Source: Candidatus Methylopumilus sp. (GTDB lineage Bacteria > Pseudomonadota > Gammaproteobacteria > Burkholderiales > Methylophilaceae). From it: a DNA stretch of 64,000 nt. The stretch is taken from NCBI GenBank assembly GCA_009693175.1, contig SHXT01000005.1, forward strand, positions 2,477-66,476, given 5' to 3'. Position numbers and translations under genes: made by a program. Below the pieces are notes generated by a model that worked only from the letters and a program-made list of their open reading frames with translations, was not told the DNA's origin and searched no databases. Every line of letters begins with the position of its first letter. Position 1 is the stretch's first letter. Of this stretch, positions 1 through 10,854 are shown piece after piece.

Positions 1-1175
1 TCGTCAACATTCGCTAATGCAACAGCTAAGCCTTCTAAGATATGACCTCTTTCACGTGCCTTTCTCAATTCAAAGACAGTTCTTCTCGTAATCACTTCAC
101 GACGATGCCTTAAGAAAGCATCAAGAATTTGTTTTAAGTTAAGAAGTTTTGGTTGACCGTCAATGAGCGCCACCATGTTCATACCAAAACTATCTTGCAA
201 CTGCGTTTGTTTATAAAGATTATTTAATATGACATCGGGATTCTCACCTCGCTTTAACTCAATCACAACACGCATACCTGACTTATCAGACTCATCTCTT
301 AGATCTGAAATACCTTCAATTTTTTTATCATTCACGAGTTCTGCAATTTTTTCGATGAATGTTTTTTTATTTACCTGATAAGGTAATTCATCTACGATCA
401 GTGCTTCACGATTGCCTTTATCTAAATTCTCAACGTGTGTTCTGCCGCGCATAACCACTCGACCTCGGCCTGTTCGATAACCTTCTTTAACGCCAGAGGT
501 GCCATGAATAATACCGGCAGTTGGAAAGTCGGGTGCTGGAATTAATTTAATTAATGCATCAATAGAGGATTCAGGTTTTTCTAATAATAATAAACAAGCC
601 TCAATAACTTCATTTAAATTGTGAGGTGGAATATTTGTTGCCATCCCGACCGCAATGCCTGAGCTGCCATTGATAAGTAAATTCGGAATGCGAGCCGGCA
701 TAATGAGAGGTTCTTGTTCTGAACCATCATAATTCGGACCAAAATCAACCGTTTCCTTGTCGATATCTTCTAATAGTTCATGTGCAATTTTCGACATACG
801 AATTTCGGTATATCGCATCGCAGCTGCGTTATCGCCATCCACTGAACCAAAGTTGCCTTGCCCATCTACGAGCATATAACGCAAACTAAAATCTTGTGCC
901 ATACGAACGATCGTGTCATACACAGCTGTATCGCCATGCGGGTGGTATTTACCGATCACATCACCAACAATACGCGCAGATTTTTTATACGGCTTATTAA
1001 AGTCATTATTAAGTTCATGCATCGCGAAAAGCACTCGACGATGAACAGGCTTTAAACCGTCTCTCACATCTGGAAGTGCACGCCCGACAATTACGCTCAT
1101 GGCGTAGTCGAGATAAGAGCGTTTCATCTCATCTTCAAGGCTAATTGGGATGATTTCTTTGGCAAATTGATTCAT
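1..1175 (-). CDS. gyrA: DNA gyrase subunit A (N-terminal part; runs off the window start)
   Basis: Absent from the ORF track; translated by hand from ATG at 1175: [47 protein letters not shown]...[26 protein letters not shown]...AAAMRYTE (catalytic Tyr motif). Confidence 0.98.
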   Translation of the reverse strand, partial: MNQFAKEIIPISLEDEMKRSYLDYAMSVIVGRALPDVRDGLKPVHRRVLFAMHELNNDFNKPYKKSARIVGDVIGKYHPHGDTAVYDTIVRMAQDFSLRYMLVDGQGNFGSVDGDNAAAMRYTEIRMSKIAHELLEDIDKETVDFGPNYDGSEQEPLIMPARIPNLLINGSSGIAVGMATNIPPHNLNEVIEACLLLLEKPESSIDALIKLIPAPDFPTAGIIHGTSGVKEGYRTGRGRVVMRGRTHVENLDKGNREALIVDELPYQVNKKTFIEKIAELVNDKKIEGISDLRDESDKSGMRVVIELKRGENPDVILNNLYKQTQLQDSFGMNMVALIDGQPKLLNLKQILDAFLRHRREVITRRTVFELRKARERGHILEGLAVALANVD

Positions 1176-1190
1176 AGGATTTAGATCGAT

Positions 1191-1216
1191 AATTTAAGTA
1201 GAAAACTACTTAAATT
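1191..1216. repeat. Perfect 11-bp inverted repeat AATTTAAGTAG-AAAA-CTACTTAAATT upstream of gyrA
   Basis: Read directly: arms 1191-1201 and 1206-1216, 4-nt spacer. Confidence 0.85.
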
Positions 1217-1222
1217 TTAGCA
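1214..1222 (-). promoter_or_regulatory. Candidate extended -10 promoter element for gyrA (TG-C-TAAAAT)
   Basis: Minus strand TGCTAAAAT, 38 nt upstream of the gyrA ATG; motif match only. Confidence 0.45.
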
Positions 1223-1261
1223 TGTAGCAGGACTCTATTAGCGCCCTACTAAAGGTATTTT

Positions 1262-2434
1262 TTAACGCGAAAGACTAGACAAATCAGCTTTTAGATCCTC
1301 TATATCCTCTAAACCTACTGCGATTCTTACAAGGTTATCTTTAATACCAGCTTTTCGACGTTCCTCCGGGCTTACTCTTGAGTGTGTCGTTGTTACTGGA
1401 TGCGTAATAGATGATTTAACATCGCCCAAATTGGCTGTAATAGAGATTAATTTTGTCGAATCAATTAAACGCCATGCCTCTTTTTGCCCGCCTTTAACCT
1501 CAAACGATACAATTGCACCCCCTGTTTTTTGCTGTTTTAAAGCAAGTTGATGCTGCGGATGTGAAGCCAGTCCAGGGTAATAAACACGATCTATCTGAGG
1601 TTGCGATTCAAGCCAAGATGCCAAATGAAGCGCATTTTTTGAATGTGCATCCATACGAATGGATAATGTTTCTAAACCTTTTAAGAAAATCCAGGCATTA
1701 AATGCGCTCATGGCGGGACCTGCAGATCTCAAGAACTGGTATATAGGCTCTATCGTTTTTTTATCTGCCAATACAGCACCTCCAAGACAACGGCCTTGGC
1801 CATCAATATATTTGGTTGCGGAATGAATAATAATATCAGCCCCTAACAATAATGGTTTTTGTAAAGCAGGCGAACAAAAACAATTATCTACAATAAGCTT
1901 AATATCTTTCCTATGTGCAATCTTTGAAAGTGCTGCAATGTCAATCACTTCAGTCAGAGGGTTTGAAGGTGTTTCCACAAAAAAAAGTTTTGTATTTTTT
2001 TGGACTGCATCTTCCCATTCGTTGAGATTGGTAAGCGATACAAAAGTAACTTCAAGCCCCCAGCGTTTTAGAATATTGCTAAAGAGTTGAACGGTCGTAC
2101 CAAAAATACTTCGAGATGCAACAATATGATCCCCAGTAGAACATAAGCCCATAATAGATGCCAAAATAGCTGACATACCGCTTGATGTAGCTACACAGGA
2201 TTCACTACTTTCAAGAGTCGCAAGCCTATCTTGAAACATTGTGACAGTCGGATTAGTAAAGCGTGAGTAGATGTTGCCGGGCTCAGTGCCTGCGAATCTT
2301 GCTGCAGCTTGGGCTGATGATTCAAATACATAGCTAGAGGTTAAAAAAATTGCCTCAGAATTTTCACCAAATTCTGATTGCAATGATCCTGCTCGAATAG
2401 CTTGTGTATCAAATTTCCATAGATCATTATTCAT
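1262..2434 (-). CDS. metZ: O-succinylhomoserine sulfhydrylase
   Basis: Cys/Met PLP family: YSRFTNPT, HSATKYIDGQGR (PLP Lys), NLGDVKS; adjacent to purF and preceded by a SAM riboswitch. Confidence 0.92.
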   Translation of the reverse strand: MNNDLWKFDTQAIRAGSLQSEFGENSEAIFLTSSYVFESSAQAAARFAGTEPGNIYSRFTNPTVTMFQDRLATLESSESCVATSSGMSAILASIMGLCSTGDHIVASRSIFGTTVQLFSNILKRWGLEVTFVSLTNLNEWEDAVQKNTKLFFVETPSNPLTEVIDIAALSKIAHRKDIKLIVDNCFCSPALQKPLLLGADIIIHSATKYIDGQGRCLGGAVLADKKTIEPIYQFLRSAGPAMSAFNAWIFLKGLETLSIRMDAHSKNALHLASWLESQPQIDRVYYPGLASHPQHQLALKQQKTGGAIVSFEVKGGQKEAWRLIDSTKLISITANLGDVKSSITHPVTTTHSRVSPEERRKAGIKDNLVRIAVGLEDIEDLKADLSSLSR

Positions 2435-2459
2435 AGTCTGTTACCTATTTTTTGGGCGT

Positions 2460-2492
2460 AAAAAACCCCGTTTTATAAAAAGCTAAAACGGG
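2460..2492 (-). terminator. Intrinsic terminator forming the riboswitch expression platform
   Basis: Minus strand CCCGTTTTA-GCTTTTTA-TAAAACGGG-GTTTTTT: 9-bp stem followed by a U-tract, 25 nt upstream of the metZ ATG. Confidence 0.85.
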
Positions 2493-2497
2493 ACAGA

Positions 2498-2566
2498 CCT
2501 CGCTTTAGCTGTGTTTTTAATGCGCCCGCAAGCTGAGAAATAAATACATGACTCAAATCAGCGCAA
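2498..2566 (-). ncRNA. SAM-II riboswitch aptamer
   Basis: Minus strand TTGCGCTGATTTGAG...CTCAGCTTGCGGGCGCATTAAAAACACAGCTAAAGCGAGG: P1 UGCGCU/GGCGCA, GAUUU, UUGC and 3' AGCUAAAG signature of SAM-II, upstream of a methionine gene. Confidence 0.88.
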
Positions 2567-2571
2567 CTTGA

Positions 2572-2599
2572 ATTATGCACAATAAAAAAAATACGTCAA
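2572..2599 (-). promoter_or_regulatory. Sigma70-type promoter for the riboswitch-metZ transcript
   Basis: Minus strand TTGACG (2599-2594) - 16 nt - CATAAT (2577-2572); predicted start falls at the 5' edge of the aptamer. Confidence 0.6.
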
Positions 2600-2613
2600 G
2601 AACCGCTTTAATG

Positions 2614-4146
2614 CTAAGCAGCTTCTTCTTCATTATTAATTAAATTTAAATCCATCTGTGTGCTTGCGTTTGAAGGGTTATCAGATTTATTAGAATCTGC
2701 ACGAATCGTCTCAATGTTTTTTAAATAATGCTCATCGATATCACCTGTGATGTATTTGCCATCAAAACAAGAAGCGTCAAATGTTTTAAGTTTTGGATTA
2801 ATGGACGCAATATTTTCAATAAGTGCATCGAGGTCTTGATAGATAAGTTCATCTGCACCAATTTCTAAACGAATTTCTTCGTCTGTTTTGTTCGGTGCTA
2901 ATAACTCTGAACGAGATGGCATATCAATACCATATACGTTAGGGAATCTAACGGGTGGAGCTGCTGAAACTAAGTATACTTTTTTAGCACCTGCTTCCCT
3001 TGCCATCTGAACGATTTCTTTAGAGGTTGTACCTCGCACAATCGAGTCATCAACCAACAACACATTCTTGCCTTGAAATTCAATTTTAATAGGATTTAAT
3101 TTTTGACGGACTGATTTTTTTCTTAAAGCTTGGCCTGGCATAATGAAAGTGCGGCCAATATATCTATTCTTAATAAAACCTTCACGATAATCGAGACCTA
3201 ATTCAAGTGCCAATTGCAAGGCGCTGGGACGGCTGGTATCAGGAATTGGAATAACCACATCAATATCTAAACGGGCCCATTCTTTTTTTATTTTTTTAGC
3301 CAAGCTTTTACCCATATTAAGTCGCGTTTGATATACAGAAATACCATCAATCACAGAATCAGGTCTTGCAAGATATACATACTCAAATATACAAGGATGA
3401 TGGTTGGGAGCTTTGGCACATTGTTTGGAGTAAAAATTCCCATTCATATCAATAAATACAGCTTCACCTGGCTCAACATCTCTGACTAATTTAAAACCTA
3501 ACACATCGAGCGCAACACTTTCAGATGCCACCATATATTCAACACCTTGAGGACTCTCATGCTTCCCAATCACAAGTGGTCTAATACCATGAGGATCTCT
3601 AAACGCAAGTAAACCGAAATTGGCAATCATGGAAACTACCGCATAAGCACCCTTACATCGCTTATGCAGTGAAGTGACAGCATCAAAAACAACATCGCTA
3701 TTTAGCACGCTATTCCTTGAAGACGCTTCAATTTCATGTGCTAGTACATTAAGTAAAACTTCTGAATCTGAAGTAGTATTAATATGACGCAAATCTTGCC
3801 TAAAGATATCTTCCTTAAGCTTGTCAGCATTCGTCAAATTACCGTTGTGACCCAATACAATACCAAACGGTGAATTAACATAAAAAGGTTGAGCTTCGGC
3901 AGCTGATGAAGAGCCCGCTGTGGGATATCGGACATGCGCAATGCCCGCATTGCCAAAAAGATTTAACATGTGACGGGTATGGAAAACATCTTTCACAAGC
4001 CCGTTATTTTTATGCATAAAGAAAGTGTTGCCATCACATGTAACAATGCCAGCAGCATCTTGACCGCGATGTTGAAGAACTAATAGACCGTCGTAAAGAA
4101 GCTGATTAACAGGTTTTTTACCGACGATTCCAAGGATTCCACACAT
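2614..4146 (-). CDS. purF: Amidophosphoribosyltransferase
   Basis: N-terminal MCGILG (Ntn nucleophile Cys), [23 protein letters not shown]-binding motif. Confidence 0.98.
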   Translation of the reverse strand: MCGILGIVGKKPVNQLLYDGLLVLQHRGQDAAGIVTCDGNTFFMHKNNGLVKDVFHTRHMLNLFGNAGIAHVRYPTAGSSSAAEAQPFYVNSPFGIVLGHNGNLTNADKLKEDIFRQDLRHINTTSDSEVLLNVLAHEIEASSRNSVLNSDVVFDAVTSLHKRCKGAYAVVSMIANFGLLAFRDPHGIRPLVIGKHESPQGVEYMVASESVALDVLGFKLVRDVEPGEAVFIDMNGNFYSKQCAKAPNHHPCIFEYVYLARPDSVIDGISVYQTRLNMGKSLAKKIKKEWARLDIDVVIPIPDTSRPSALQLALELGLDYREGFIKNRYIGRTFIMPGQALRKKSVRQKLNPIKIEFQGKNVLLVDDSIVRGTTSKEIVQMAREAGAKKVYLVSAAPPVRFPNVYGIDMPSRSELLAPNKTDEEIRLEIGADELIYQDLDALIENIASINPKLKTFDASCFDGKYITGDIDEHYLKNIETIRADSNKSDNPSNASTQMDLNLINNEEEAA

Positions 4147-4167
4147 TTCAGCGCCTTAAAAATAAGT

Positions 4168-4659
4168 TTATTGTGAATATTTTACATGCTTAACTATATC
4201 TAGTGGCAAATAAACACTTGCCTTTGCTGCAAAAGATTCAAAATAGGGTTTAATTAAAGCATCTTGCCATGCTGAATTTTTTTCAAAGGATGTGGAATGA
4301 ATCACAAGATTACACACCAGAGCAATCAGCAAAGCCCGGACTAGACCAAATAACCCTCCCATAAAAATATTAGGTAACGTGAGGCCAGTGTATTTAATAA
4401 ATTTATTTAATACAGCAATTACGCCCATTGAAATTACAAGAGTACTTAAAAAAATTACTAGGTAAGCTGTTAGATTGCGAATTGTATCCGTATCAATCCA
4501 CAAAAGTTTTGCTGATATTACAGATGAAAAAGAATGTGCTAAATAAAAAGCAAAGCTCCAAGCAATGATTGAAAATAATTCACGTACAAAACCACGATAA
4601 CAACCTAGAAAAGAAGAGATTATGGTGATGATGAAAAAACCATAATCAATAAATGTCAT
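4168..4659 (-). CDS. cvpA: CvpA family membrane protein
   Basis: Hydrophobic 163 aa with D-Y...RGFVRE and GGLFGLVR motifs; conserved dedD-cvpA-purF order. Confidence 0.9.
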   Translation of the reverse strand: MTFIDYGFFIITIISSFLGCYRGFVRELFSIIAWSFAFYLAHSFSSVISAKLLWIDTDTIRNLTAYLVIFLSTLVISMGVIAVLNKFIKYTGLTLPNIFMGGLFGLVRALLIALVCNLVIHSTSFEKNSAWQDALIKPYFESFAAKASVYLPLDIVKHVKYSQ

Positions 4660-5225
4660 GAATTAATCTTCTTAAGTATGCCAGGCACGCCTGCATTTTT
4701 AAATTTAAACAAAGCCTCTTTGGCTAGCGATTCCGTTTTAAACTCATCTGTTATTAAGCGAATTTTACCGACAGCGCCTACTTTTACCGTTTCAGTTTTA
4801 GTTTGATAACCTAATGAATTTATTTTTTGTTGGAGTAATTTAATTTTCTCATTATCAGAAAAAATACCTATTTGAATATGGAGTCGATTATTTACCTGAG
4901 TTGTTAGCATTTTTTTTTCGTCTGATTTTATTTTTGGCTCAGCTTTTGCTAAAGGCTCTGCTGATGGTAAAGGAGTTGATGCTTCTGCACTTTTTTGATT
5001 AGTCTCATTAGGCTTTACATTATCCGAAGCATTTTCTTTGATAACAGGGGAGCTTTCCATCGTAATTTTAATAGGTTCAGTGGGATCTTTTTCATTACGA
5101 TTTTTTAAAACGAGGGGTGCTGCAATAAGAAGAATTAATAAAATCACGCATGCACCGACAAGCCTCTTCTTGGCTTGGCTAATGAGCTTATCTTCTTGTT
5201 GCTGAATTGGGTTATCTTCATTCAT
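4656..5225 (-). CDS. dedD: SPOR-domain cell division protein DedD
   Basis: KKRLVGA plus single TM, low-complexity linker, C-terminal SPOR-like IQIGIFS; between folC and cvpA. Confidence 0.8.
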   Translation of the reverse strand: MNEDNPIQQQEDKLISQAKKRLVGACVILLILLIAAPLVLKNRNEKDPTEPIKITMESSPVIKENASDNVKPNETNQKSAEASTPLPSAEPLAKAEPKIKSDEKKMLTTQVNNRLHIQIGIFSDNEKIKLLQQKINSLGYQTKTETVKVGAVGKIRLITDEFKTESLAKEALFKFKNAGVPGILKKINS

Positions 5226-6478
5226 AACTTAGGCATAATTCTCATAATATCGGCAACTGTAAAAAAAGAACCGAATACAATTATTCTATCATTTTCAGAC
5301 GCTTTCTTGAATGCAAATTGATAAGCTTTCTGAATGTTTTTAAACTGCATCACACGAAAAGATGGATTAATTTTTTTAATCATATCTTCAATCATTTGAA
5401 CGCTTGCAGCTCTTTCATGTTGAATCATTGAGATATACCAATCATCAATATCTTTAGAAAGCGCTCGAACAACACCTAAAATATCTTTATCGGCAAGTAT
5501 TGAAAATACCGCTATTGTTTTGCCTTTGATGGGTTGCCCTCTTAAATTATGACTAAGAGACAGAGCGGCTTGAGGATTATGTGCAACATCAAGAATCAGG
5601 GAGGGATTCTTCTGAATTTCTTGGAATCGACCTAATAAATAAGCAGATGCAATACCTTTTTGAATTGCACTTTCATTGACAGGAAGTTTATCCTCAATAG
5701 ACTTAACTGCCATTAAAGCCATGGAAGCATTTGCAATCTGAAAATTACCCTGCAGATTAGGCAAAGGCACATTCATTAAAAATGATGAATCTATTAAAAA
5801 ATCAAATGAATCATGATGTAACTCATAATTAAAATGTTTGCCGATTAATTTTAAAGGTGCATGAATCGATTCTGCATGTTGAATAAGAGATTTTGGCGGA
5901 TTAAAATCGCCACAAATAGCAGATTTATTTGCACGATAAATACCTGCTTTTTCGAATCCAATCGCTTCGCGAGTTTCTCCCAAATAATCCATATGATCAA
6001 GATCAACTGTTGTGACAATTGAACAGTCAGGTTCAAAAATATTCACTGCATCTAATCGACCGCCTAACCCTATTTCTAAAATAGCTACATCTATAGATTC
6101 TTCCGCAAAAATTATCATGGCTGCAAGCGTGCCATACTCAAAATAAGTGAGTGAGACATCCTCTCGAACAGACTCAATTTTTAATAGCGCATCACAAATA
6201 AGATGATCAGAAATGGGTTGTGCATCAACCTTAATACGTTCATTAAATAATAAAAAATGAGGTGAGGTATAACAGCCAACTTTGTATCCAGCTGTCTTAT
6301 AAATAGACTCGAGAATGGCACAGGTCGATCCTTTGCCATTGGTTCCGCCTACTGTAATTAAAGGAAAAGGAATGTTTAAATTTAAGCGCTTAGCAACAAG
6401 CTTAATTCGTTCGAGCGAAAGATCAATGGTCGAGGGATGAGTAGATTCAATATACCCTAACCAATCATTCAGATTCAT
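5222..6478 (-). CDS. folC: Folylpolyglutamate synthase/dihydrofolate synthase
   Basis: VGGTNGKGST, YTSPH, EIGLGGRLDA, DVAHN motifs. Confidence 0.97.
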   Translation of the reverse strand: MNLNDWLGYIESTHPSTIDLSLERIKLVAKRLNLNIPFPLITVGGTNGKGSTCAILESIYKTAGYKVGCYTSPHFLLFNERIKVDAQPISDHLICDALLKIESVREDVSLTYFEYGTLAAMIIFAEESIDVAILEIGLGGRLDAVNIFEPDCSIVTTVDLDHMDYLGETREAIGFEKAGIYRANKSAICGDFNPPKSLIQHAESIHAPLKLIGKHFNYELHHDSFDFLIDSSFLMNVPLPNLQGNFQIANASMALMAVKSIEDKLPVNESAIQKGIASAYLLGRFQEIQKNPSLILDVAHNPQAALSLSHNLRGQPIKGKTIAVFSILADKDILGVVRALSKDIDDWYISMIQHERAASVQMIEDMIKKINPSFRVMQFKNIQKAYQFAFKKASENDRIIVFGSFFTVADIMRIMPKL

Positions 6479-6512
6479 AGGGTTTTGTATTGGTGGTTTA
6501 AAAGGCGTTAAA

Positions 6513-7370
6513 TTAATTTTTAGATAATTTAGATATTAAATTAACAAGTTTCTTTTTCATGTCTCGTCGATCAACGATCATATCAATTGCACCATGCGCT
6601 AAAAGAAACTCTGAACGTTGAAATCCTTCGGGTAATTTTTCTCGAACAGTTTGTTCAATCACACGAGGACCCGCAAAACCGATCAAAGCTTTAGGCTCTG
6701 CAATGATGACATCTCCTAACATTGCAAAGCTTGCAGACACACCACCCATTGTTGGATCTGTCAAAATCGAAAAATAAGATAATTTAGCTTCGCTAAGTTT
6801 TGTAAGTGCAGCACTTGTTTTTGCCATTTGCATTAATGAAAGTAATCCCTCTTGCATACGTGCACCGCCACTTGCAGATACGCATATAAAAGCTGCTTTA
6901 GTTTTGATAGCTGTTTGAATACCACGCACAAATTTCTCACCTACAACAGAACCCATTGAGCCGCCCATGAATTTAAATTCAAAAGCTGCAATTACTACAG
7001 GCTTTCCATCCATTAAACCCTGCATAACAATCATGGCATCTTTTTCATTAAGATCTTTTTGTGAAGATTTGATACGTTCCACATAGCTTTGCGTATCATT
7101 AAATTTAAGAGGGTCAATCGGCTGAATATGCTTACCAATTTCTTTTCTTTTTTCTTTGTCTAGTAAAGTATCTAAACGTACTCGCGCTGAAATTCGATGA
7201 TGAAAAGTGCATTTTGGACACACCTCTATATTTTGTTCAAGATCTGTTCGATAAAGTACTGCCTGACATGATGGGCATTTACACCAAAGACCTTCGGGAA
7301 TATTTTTTTTAGAAACACTGCCGACGATACGTTTTATTTTTGGAGGAATAACATTTTTTAACCAGCTCAT
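6513..7370 (-). CDS. accD: Acetyl-CoA carboxylase carboxyltransferase beta subunit
   Basis: CPSC..CPKC zinc finger, [26 protein letters not shown]. Confidence 0.98.
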   Translation of the reverse strand: MSWLKNVIPPKIKRIVGSVSKKNIPEGLWCKCPSCQAVLYRTDLEQNIEVCPKCTFHHRISARVRLDTLLDKEKRKEIGKHIQPIDPLKFNDTQSYVERIKSSQKDLNEKDAMIVMQGLMDGKPVVIAAFEFKFMGGSMGSVVGEKFVRGIQTAIKTKAAFICVSASGGARMQEGLLSLMQMAKTSAALTKLSEAKLSYFSILTDPTMGGVSASFAMLGDVIIAEPKALIGFAGPRVIEQTVREKLPEGFQRSEFLLAHGAIDMIVDRRDMKKKLVNLISKLSKN

Positions 7371-7385
7371 ATGTTCACTTTAAAA

Positions 7386-8180
7386 TTAATTAACAGCCTG
7401 TCTTAATTCTTTCATTAACTTTGAAATATTTATAATCAAATTATCTTTATTCGAATTTTCAATTTCCTGAACTATTCGACTACCAACAACTATAGCATCA
7501 GAAATTTTTGCAACTTCTTTAGCTGTCGCAGCATCCTTTACACCAAAACCTACGCCAATAGGAAGGTTAGTTAATTTTCGTATCATCGCTACTCTAGATT
7601 TTACCTGTTCAATATCAATATTTGCTGCGCCTGTTACACCTTTCAGTGAAACATAATATAAAAATCCAGAGGTCTGTTCGATAATTAATTTTACTCTATC
7701 CAATTCTGTCGTTGGTGATAATAAAAAAATACTATTAATATTCTTTTCTTTAAGAAGACTGGTAAATTGCATACATTCTTCAGGTGGATAATCCACAGTA
7801 ATAATGCCATCTACATCGGAAGCTTTGGCTCTTTCCACAAAAGCTTCTGCACCAATTGCTTCAATAGGATTCGCATAGCCCATTAGAATAATAGGTGTTT
7901 GAGCATCTTTTTCCCTGAATATTTTGACCATCTTAAATACATGAGAAAGGCTCACATGGTGAGCTAAAGCTCTTTCACTTGCTCTTTGAATAATAGGTCC
8001 ATCTGCCATCGGGTCTGAAAATGGGATACCCAATTCAATCATGTCAGCACCAGCTTCAACTAAAGCATGCATCATAGATACTGTTAAATCAGGATGAGGA
8101 TCACCTGCAGTAATATAAGGGATTAAAGCTTTTTTATTTTTTTCTTTTAGTGCTTTAAATATATTTGTAATTCTCGACAT
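7386..8180 (-). CDS. trpA: Tryptophan synthase alpha chain (start refined to ATG 8180)
   Basis: MSRI...LIPYITAGDP, ELGIPFSDPMADGP, YYVSLKGVTG; the track's 8240 start overlaps trpB. Confidence 0.97.
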   Translation of the reverse strand: MSRITNIFKALKEKNKKALIPYITAGDPHPDLTVSMMHALVEAGADMIELGIPFSDPMADGPIIQRASERALAHHVSLSHVFKMVKIFREKDAQTPIILMGYANPIEAIGAEAFVERAKASDVDGIITVDYPPEECMQFTSLLKEKNINSIFLLSPTTELDRVKLIIEQTSGFLYYVSLKGVTGAANIDIEQVKSRVAMIRKLTNLPIGVGFGVKDAATAKEVAKISDAIVVGSRIVQEIENSNKDNLIINISKLMKELRQAVN

Positions 8181-8187
8181 ATAAATT

Positions 8188-9390
8188 TTATAAATTAATA
8201 TTTGAAATTTTAGCGACAGTGTTGATATCTTTATCACCACGACCTGATAAATTTACAAGAATCACTTGATCTGGCTTCATTGTTTTAGCAAGCTTTTCTG
8301 CATAAGCTAATGCATGGCTACTCTCAAGAGCTGGAATAATGCCTTCAGTACGACATAAATTATGAAAGGCCTCTAAAGCTTCTATGTCTGTGACAGCAAC
8401 ATATTCAGCGCGCTTAATATCTTTTAACCAAGCATGCTCAGGACCAACGCCTGGATAATCAAGACCTGCTGAAATTGAATGTGTTTCAATAATTTGACCT
8501 TCTGCATTTTGCATTAAGTAAGTTCGATTACCATGTAGGACGCCTATAGGGCTATTTGCTGTTAAGGGTGCTGCATGCTTACCTGTCTCAATGCCATAGC
8601 CTGCAGCTTCAACACCAATTAATCGAACCTGTGGTAAATCAATATAGGGATAAAAAATACCCATGGCATTCGAACCACCCCCAACGCAAGCCATAACCAC
8701 ATCAGGTTGACGGCCTAACATCTCATTCATTTGTGATTTGCATTCCACCCCTACGACTGAATTAAAATCTCGTACCATCATAGGGTAAGGATGAGGCCCT
8801 GCTACTGTGCCAATGATATAAAAAGTTGTTGATATATTAGTAACCCAATCTCGCATCGCTTCATTAAGCGCATCTTTTAAAGTTTTAGACCCGCTTTCTA
8901 CAGGCACCACAGTGGCACCAAGAAGTTTCATGCGATACACATTAGGTGCTTGTCTTTTAACATCTTCAGACCCCATATAAACTACGCACTCAAGGCCCAA
9001 ACGTGCTGAAATTGTAGCGGTTGCAACACCATGTTGGCCCGCGCCTGTTTCAGCGATGATGCGAGGTTTGCCCATGCGCTTCGCAAGCAAAGCCTGACCT
9101 ACCGTATTATTTACTTTATGTGCGCCTGTATGATTTAAATCTTCGCGCTTTAAATAAATCTGAGCGCCCCCTACTCGATCCGACCATCTCTTAGCATGAT
9201 AAATGGGACTAGGGCGACCTACAAAATACTTTAAATCATGATGAAATTCGGCGAGAAAATCAGGATCATGACGATATTTTTCATATATCGCTCTTAATTC
9301 ATCAAGCGCCTCAATCAAGGTTTCTGCGACAAATACTCCACCAAATTGACCAAAATGACCTTTCTCATCTGGCATATCATACGGTTGCAT
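8188..9390 (-). CDS. trpB: Tryptophan synthase beta chain
   Basis: [12 protein letters not shown] (PLP Lys), [24 protein letters not shown]. Confidence 0.99.
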   Translation of the reverse strand: MQPYDMPDEKGHFGQFGGVFVAETLIEALDELRAIYEKYRHDPDFLAEFHHDLKYFVGRPSPIYHAKRWSDRVGGAQIYLKREDLNHTGAHKVNNTVGQALLAKRMGKPRIIAETGAGQHGVATATISARLGLECVVYMGSEDVKRQAPNVYRMKLLGATVVPVESGSKTLKDALNEAMRDWVTNISTTFYIIGTVAGPHPYPMMVRDFNSVVGVECKSQMNEMLGRQPDVVMACVGGGSNAMGIFYPYIDLPQVRLIGVEAAGYGIETGKHAAPLTANSPIGVLHGNRTYLMQNAEGQIIETHSISAGLDYPGVGPEHAWLKDIKRAEYVAVTDIEALEAFHNLCRTEGIIPALESSHALAYAEKLAKTMKPDQVILVNLSGRGDKDINTVAKISNINL

Positions 9391-10000
9391 CTTGAGTTTC
9401 CTTTATAAATGCTTGAATTTTAAGAGAATTTTTAATACCTTTAGATTCTTCAACGCCACCACTTACGTCAACTGCATAAGGTTTCACTTTTTTTATGGCT
9501 TCTTTCACGTTATCTACATTAAGGCCACCTGCTAATATAATAGGCTTAGAAAGTGAATGAGGAATTAAATTCCAATCAAATGTTTGACCCGTACCACCTT
9601 TGAGATATTCATGAGGCGTATCAAGCAATAAAGCCTCAGTATCATAAAAATCTTTGGCATATTGTAACAAATTGACTGAAGATGAAACGGCCACTGCTTT
9701 AATATAAGGGAATCTAAATTGTCTGCAAAACTCAGGAGTTTCGTCACCATGAAACTGTAATATATCAACCAATCTGGATTGAATTACCTCTTGAATAGAA
9801 GAAGGATCAGCATTCACAAAGAGACCAACTTTAGTAATAAATGGGGGTAGTTCTTTGGCTAATGCTTTAAAAGTATCTAAAGCAATATAACGTGGGCTTT
9901 CTTTATAAAAAACAAAGCCGAGTGCATCACAGCCTGCACAAATAGAGGCTTGGGCATCTTCCAAGCGAGTAATGCCACAAATTTTAGTGCGTGTTCTCAA
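9377..10000 (-). CDS. trpF: Phosphoribosylanthranilate isomerase (TTG start)
   Basis: [34 protein letters not shown]. Confidence 0.96.
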   Translation of the reverse strand: MRTRTKICGITRLEDAQASICAGCDALGFVFYKESPRYIALDTFKALAKELPPFITKVGLFVNADPSSIQEVIQSRLVDILQFHGDETPEFCRQFRFPYIKAVAVSSSVNLLQYAKDFYDTEALLLDTPHEYLKGGTGQTFDWNLIPHSLSKPIILAGGLNVDNVKEAIKKVKPYAVDVSGGVEESKGIKNSLKIQAFIKETQDATV

Positions 10001-10040
10001 TATGAAATCGATTTAAAGTGAAAGATAGTCATTATAAGGA

Positions 10041-10847
10041 TTAACGATCTTGGCTTAAATCATTATTGTCAAAAATATTAACGGTTCGACGCATGAATGG
10101 AAAATTGTAGCGTGCATCATAATCAACGCCAGACAAATAAAGCCCATCAGGCGAAAATGTAGGGGGTGATTTTGTTCTATCTTTTGATAATAATAACTCT
10201 TTAATATGGTGGCTCGGATAATTACCTTTACCTATATATAAAATAGCGCCCATCATATTTCTAATTTGATGATGCAAAAAACCATTCGCCGAAAACTTAA
10301 AAAGATAAAAAGGATAATAATTTTCAATTGACACATGAGACATCGTTCTTACCGGACTTTTAGCTTGGCATTCTGAAGATCGAAACGCACTAAAGTCATG
10401 CTCGCCTTCAAAGTATTGGATAGCTTCTTTCATTTTATGGAGATCAAGCTCATCATGGATCCACCCAGCTTTCTTCGCCCATAGTGCAGATGAAATAGAG
10501 GCGTTATATACCAAATATTCATAATGACGTTGTGCAGCCGAATAGCGCGCGTGGAATGTATCATTAACTTCTTTAGCCCATAAAACCCTTATAGATAAAG
10601 GTAGATATGCATTCACGCCCCTTACCCAAGCTGAAATGGGTCGACTAATATTAGTATCAAAGTGAATCATCTGCAAAAGTGCATGAACACCTGTATCAGT
10701 TCTTCCTGAAGCATAAGTGTCTAATTTTTCTAAAGCAATACTTTCTAAAGCCTTTTCTATCTTACCTTGAATAGAATTCACATCGCTCTGCTTCTGCCAC
10801 CCAGAATAATCGAAGCCATCATATTCAATACACAATGCAATTCGCAT
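10041..10847 (-). CDS. truA: tRNA pseudouridine(38-40) synthase
   Basis: SGRTDTGVHA catalytic Asp motif, FHARYSA, GFLHHQIR. Confidence 0.97.
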   Translation of the reverse strand: MRIALCIEYDGFDYSGWQKQSDVNSIQGKIEKALESIALEKLDTYASGRTDTGVHALLQMIHFDTNISRPISAWVRGVNAYLPLSIRVLWAKEVNDTFHARYSAAQRHYEYLVYNASISSALWAKKAGWIHDELDLHKMKEAIQYFEGEHDFSAFRSSECQAKSPVRTMSHVSIENYYPFYLFKFSANGFLHHQIRNMMGAILYIGKGNYPSHHIKELLLSKDRTKSPPTFSPDGLYLSGVDYDARYNFPFMRRTVNIFDNNDLSQDR

Positions 10848-10854
10848 AATATTA

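Noticed and set aside
858-1055. 65-aa plus-strand ORF
   Set aside because: Antisense shadow of gyrA; no RBS or recognisable motif.
2435-2459. Second (SAM-V) aptamer in tandem before metZ
   Set aside because: Only 25 nt remain between the terminator and the start codon, too short for another aptamer.
7386-8240. Longer starts given by the ORF track (trpA 8240; also EamA 23579, nitrilase 32788, mfd 46376, rpiA 46328, trxB 53055, smr 53887)
   Set aside because: They overlap neighbouring genes or lack an RBS; downstream ATGs match family N-termini or coupled stop/start junctions.
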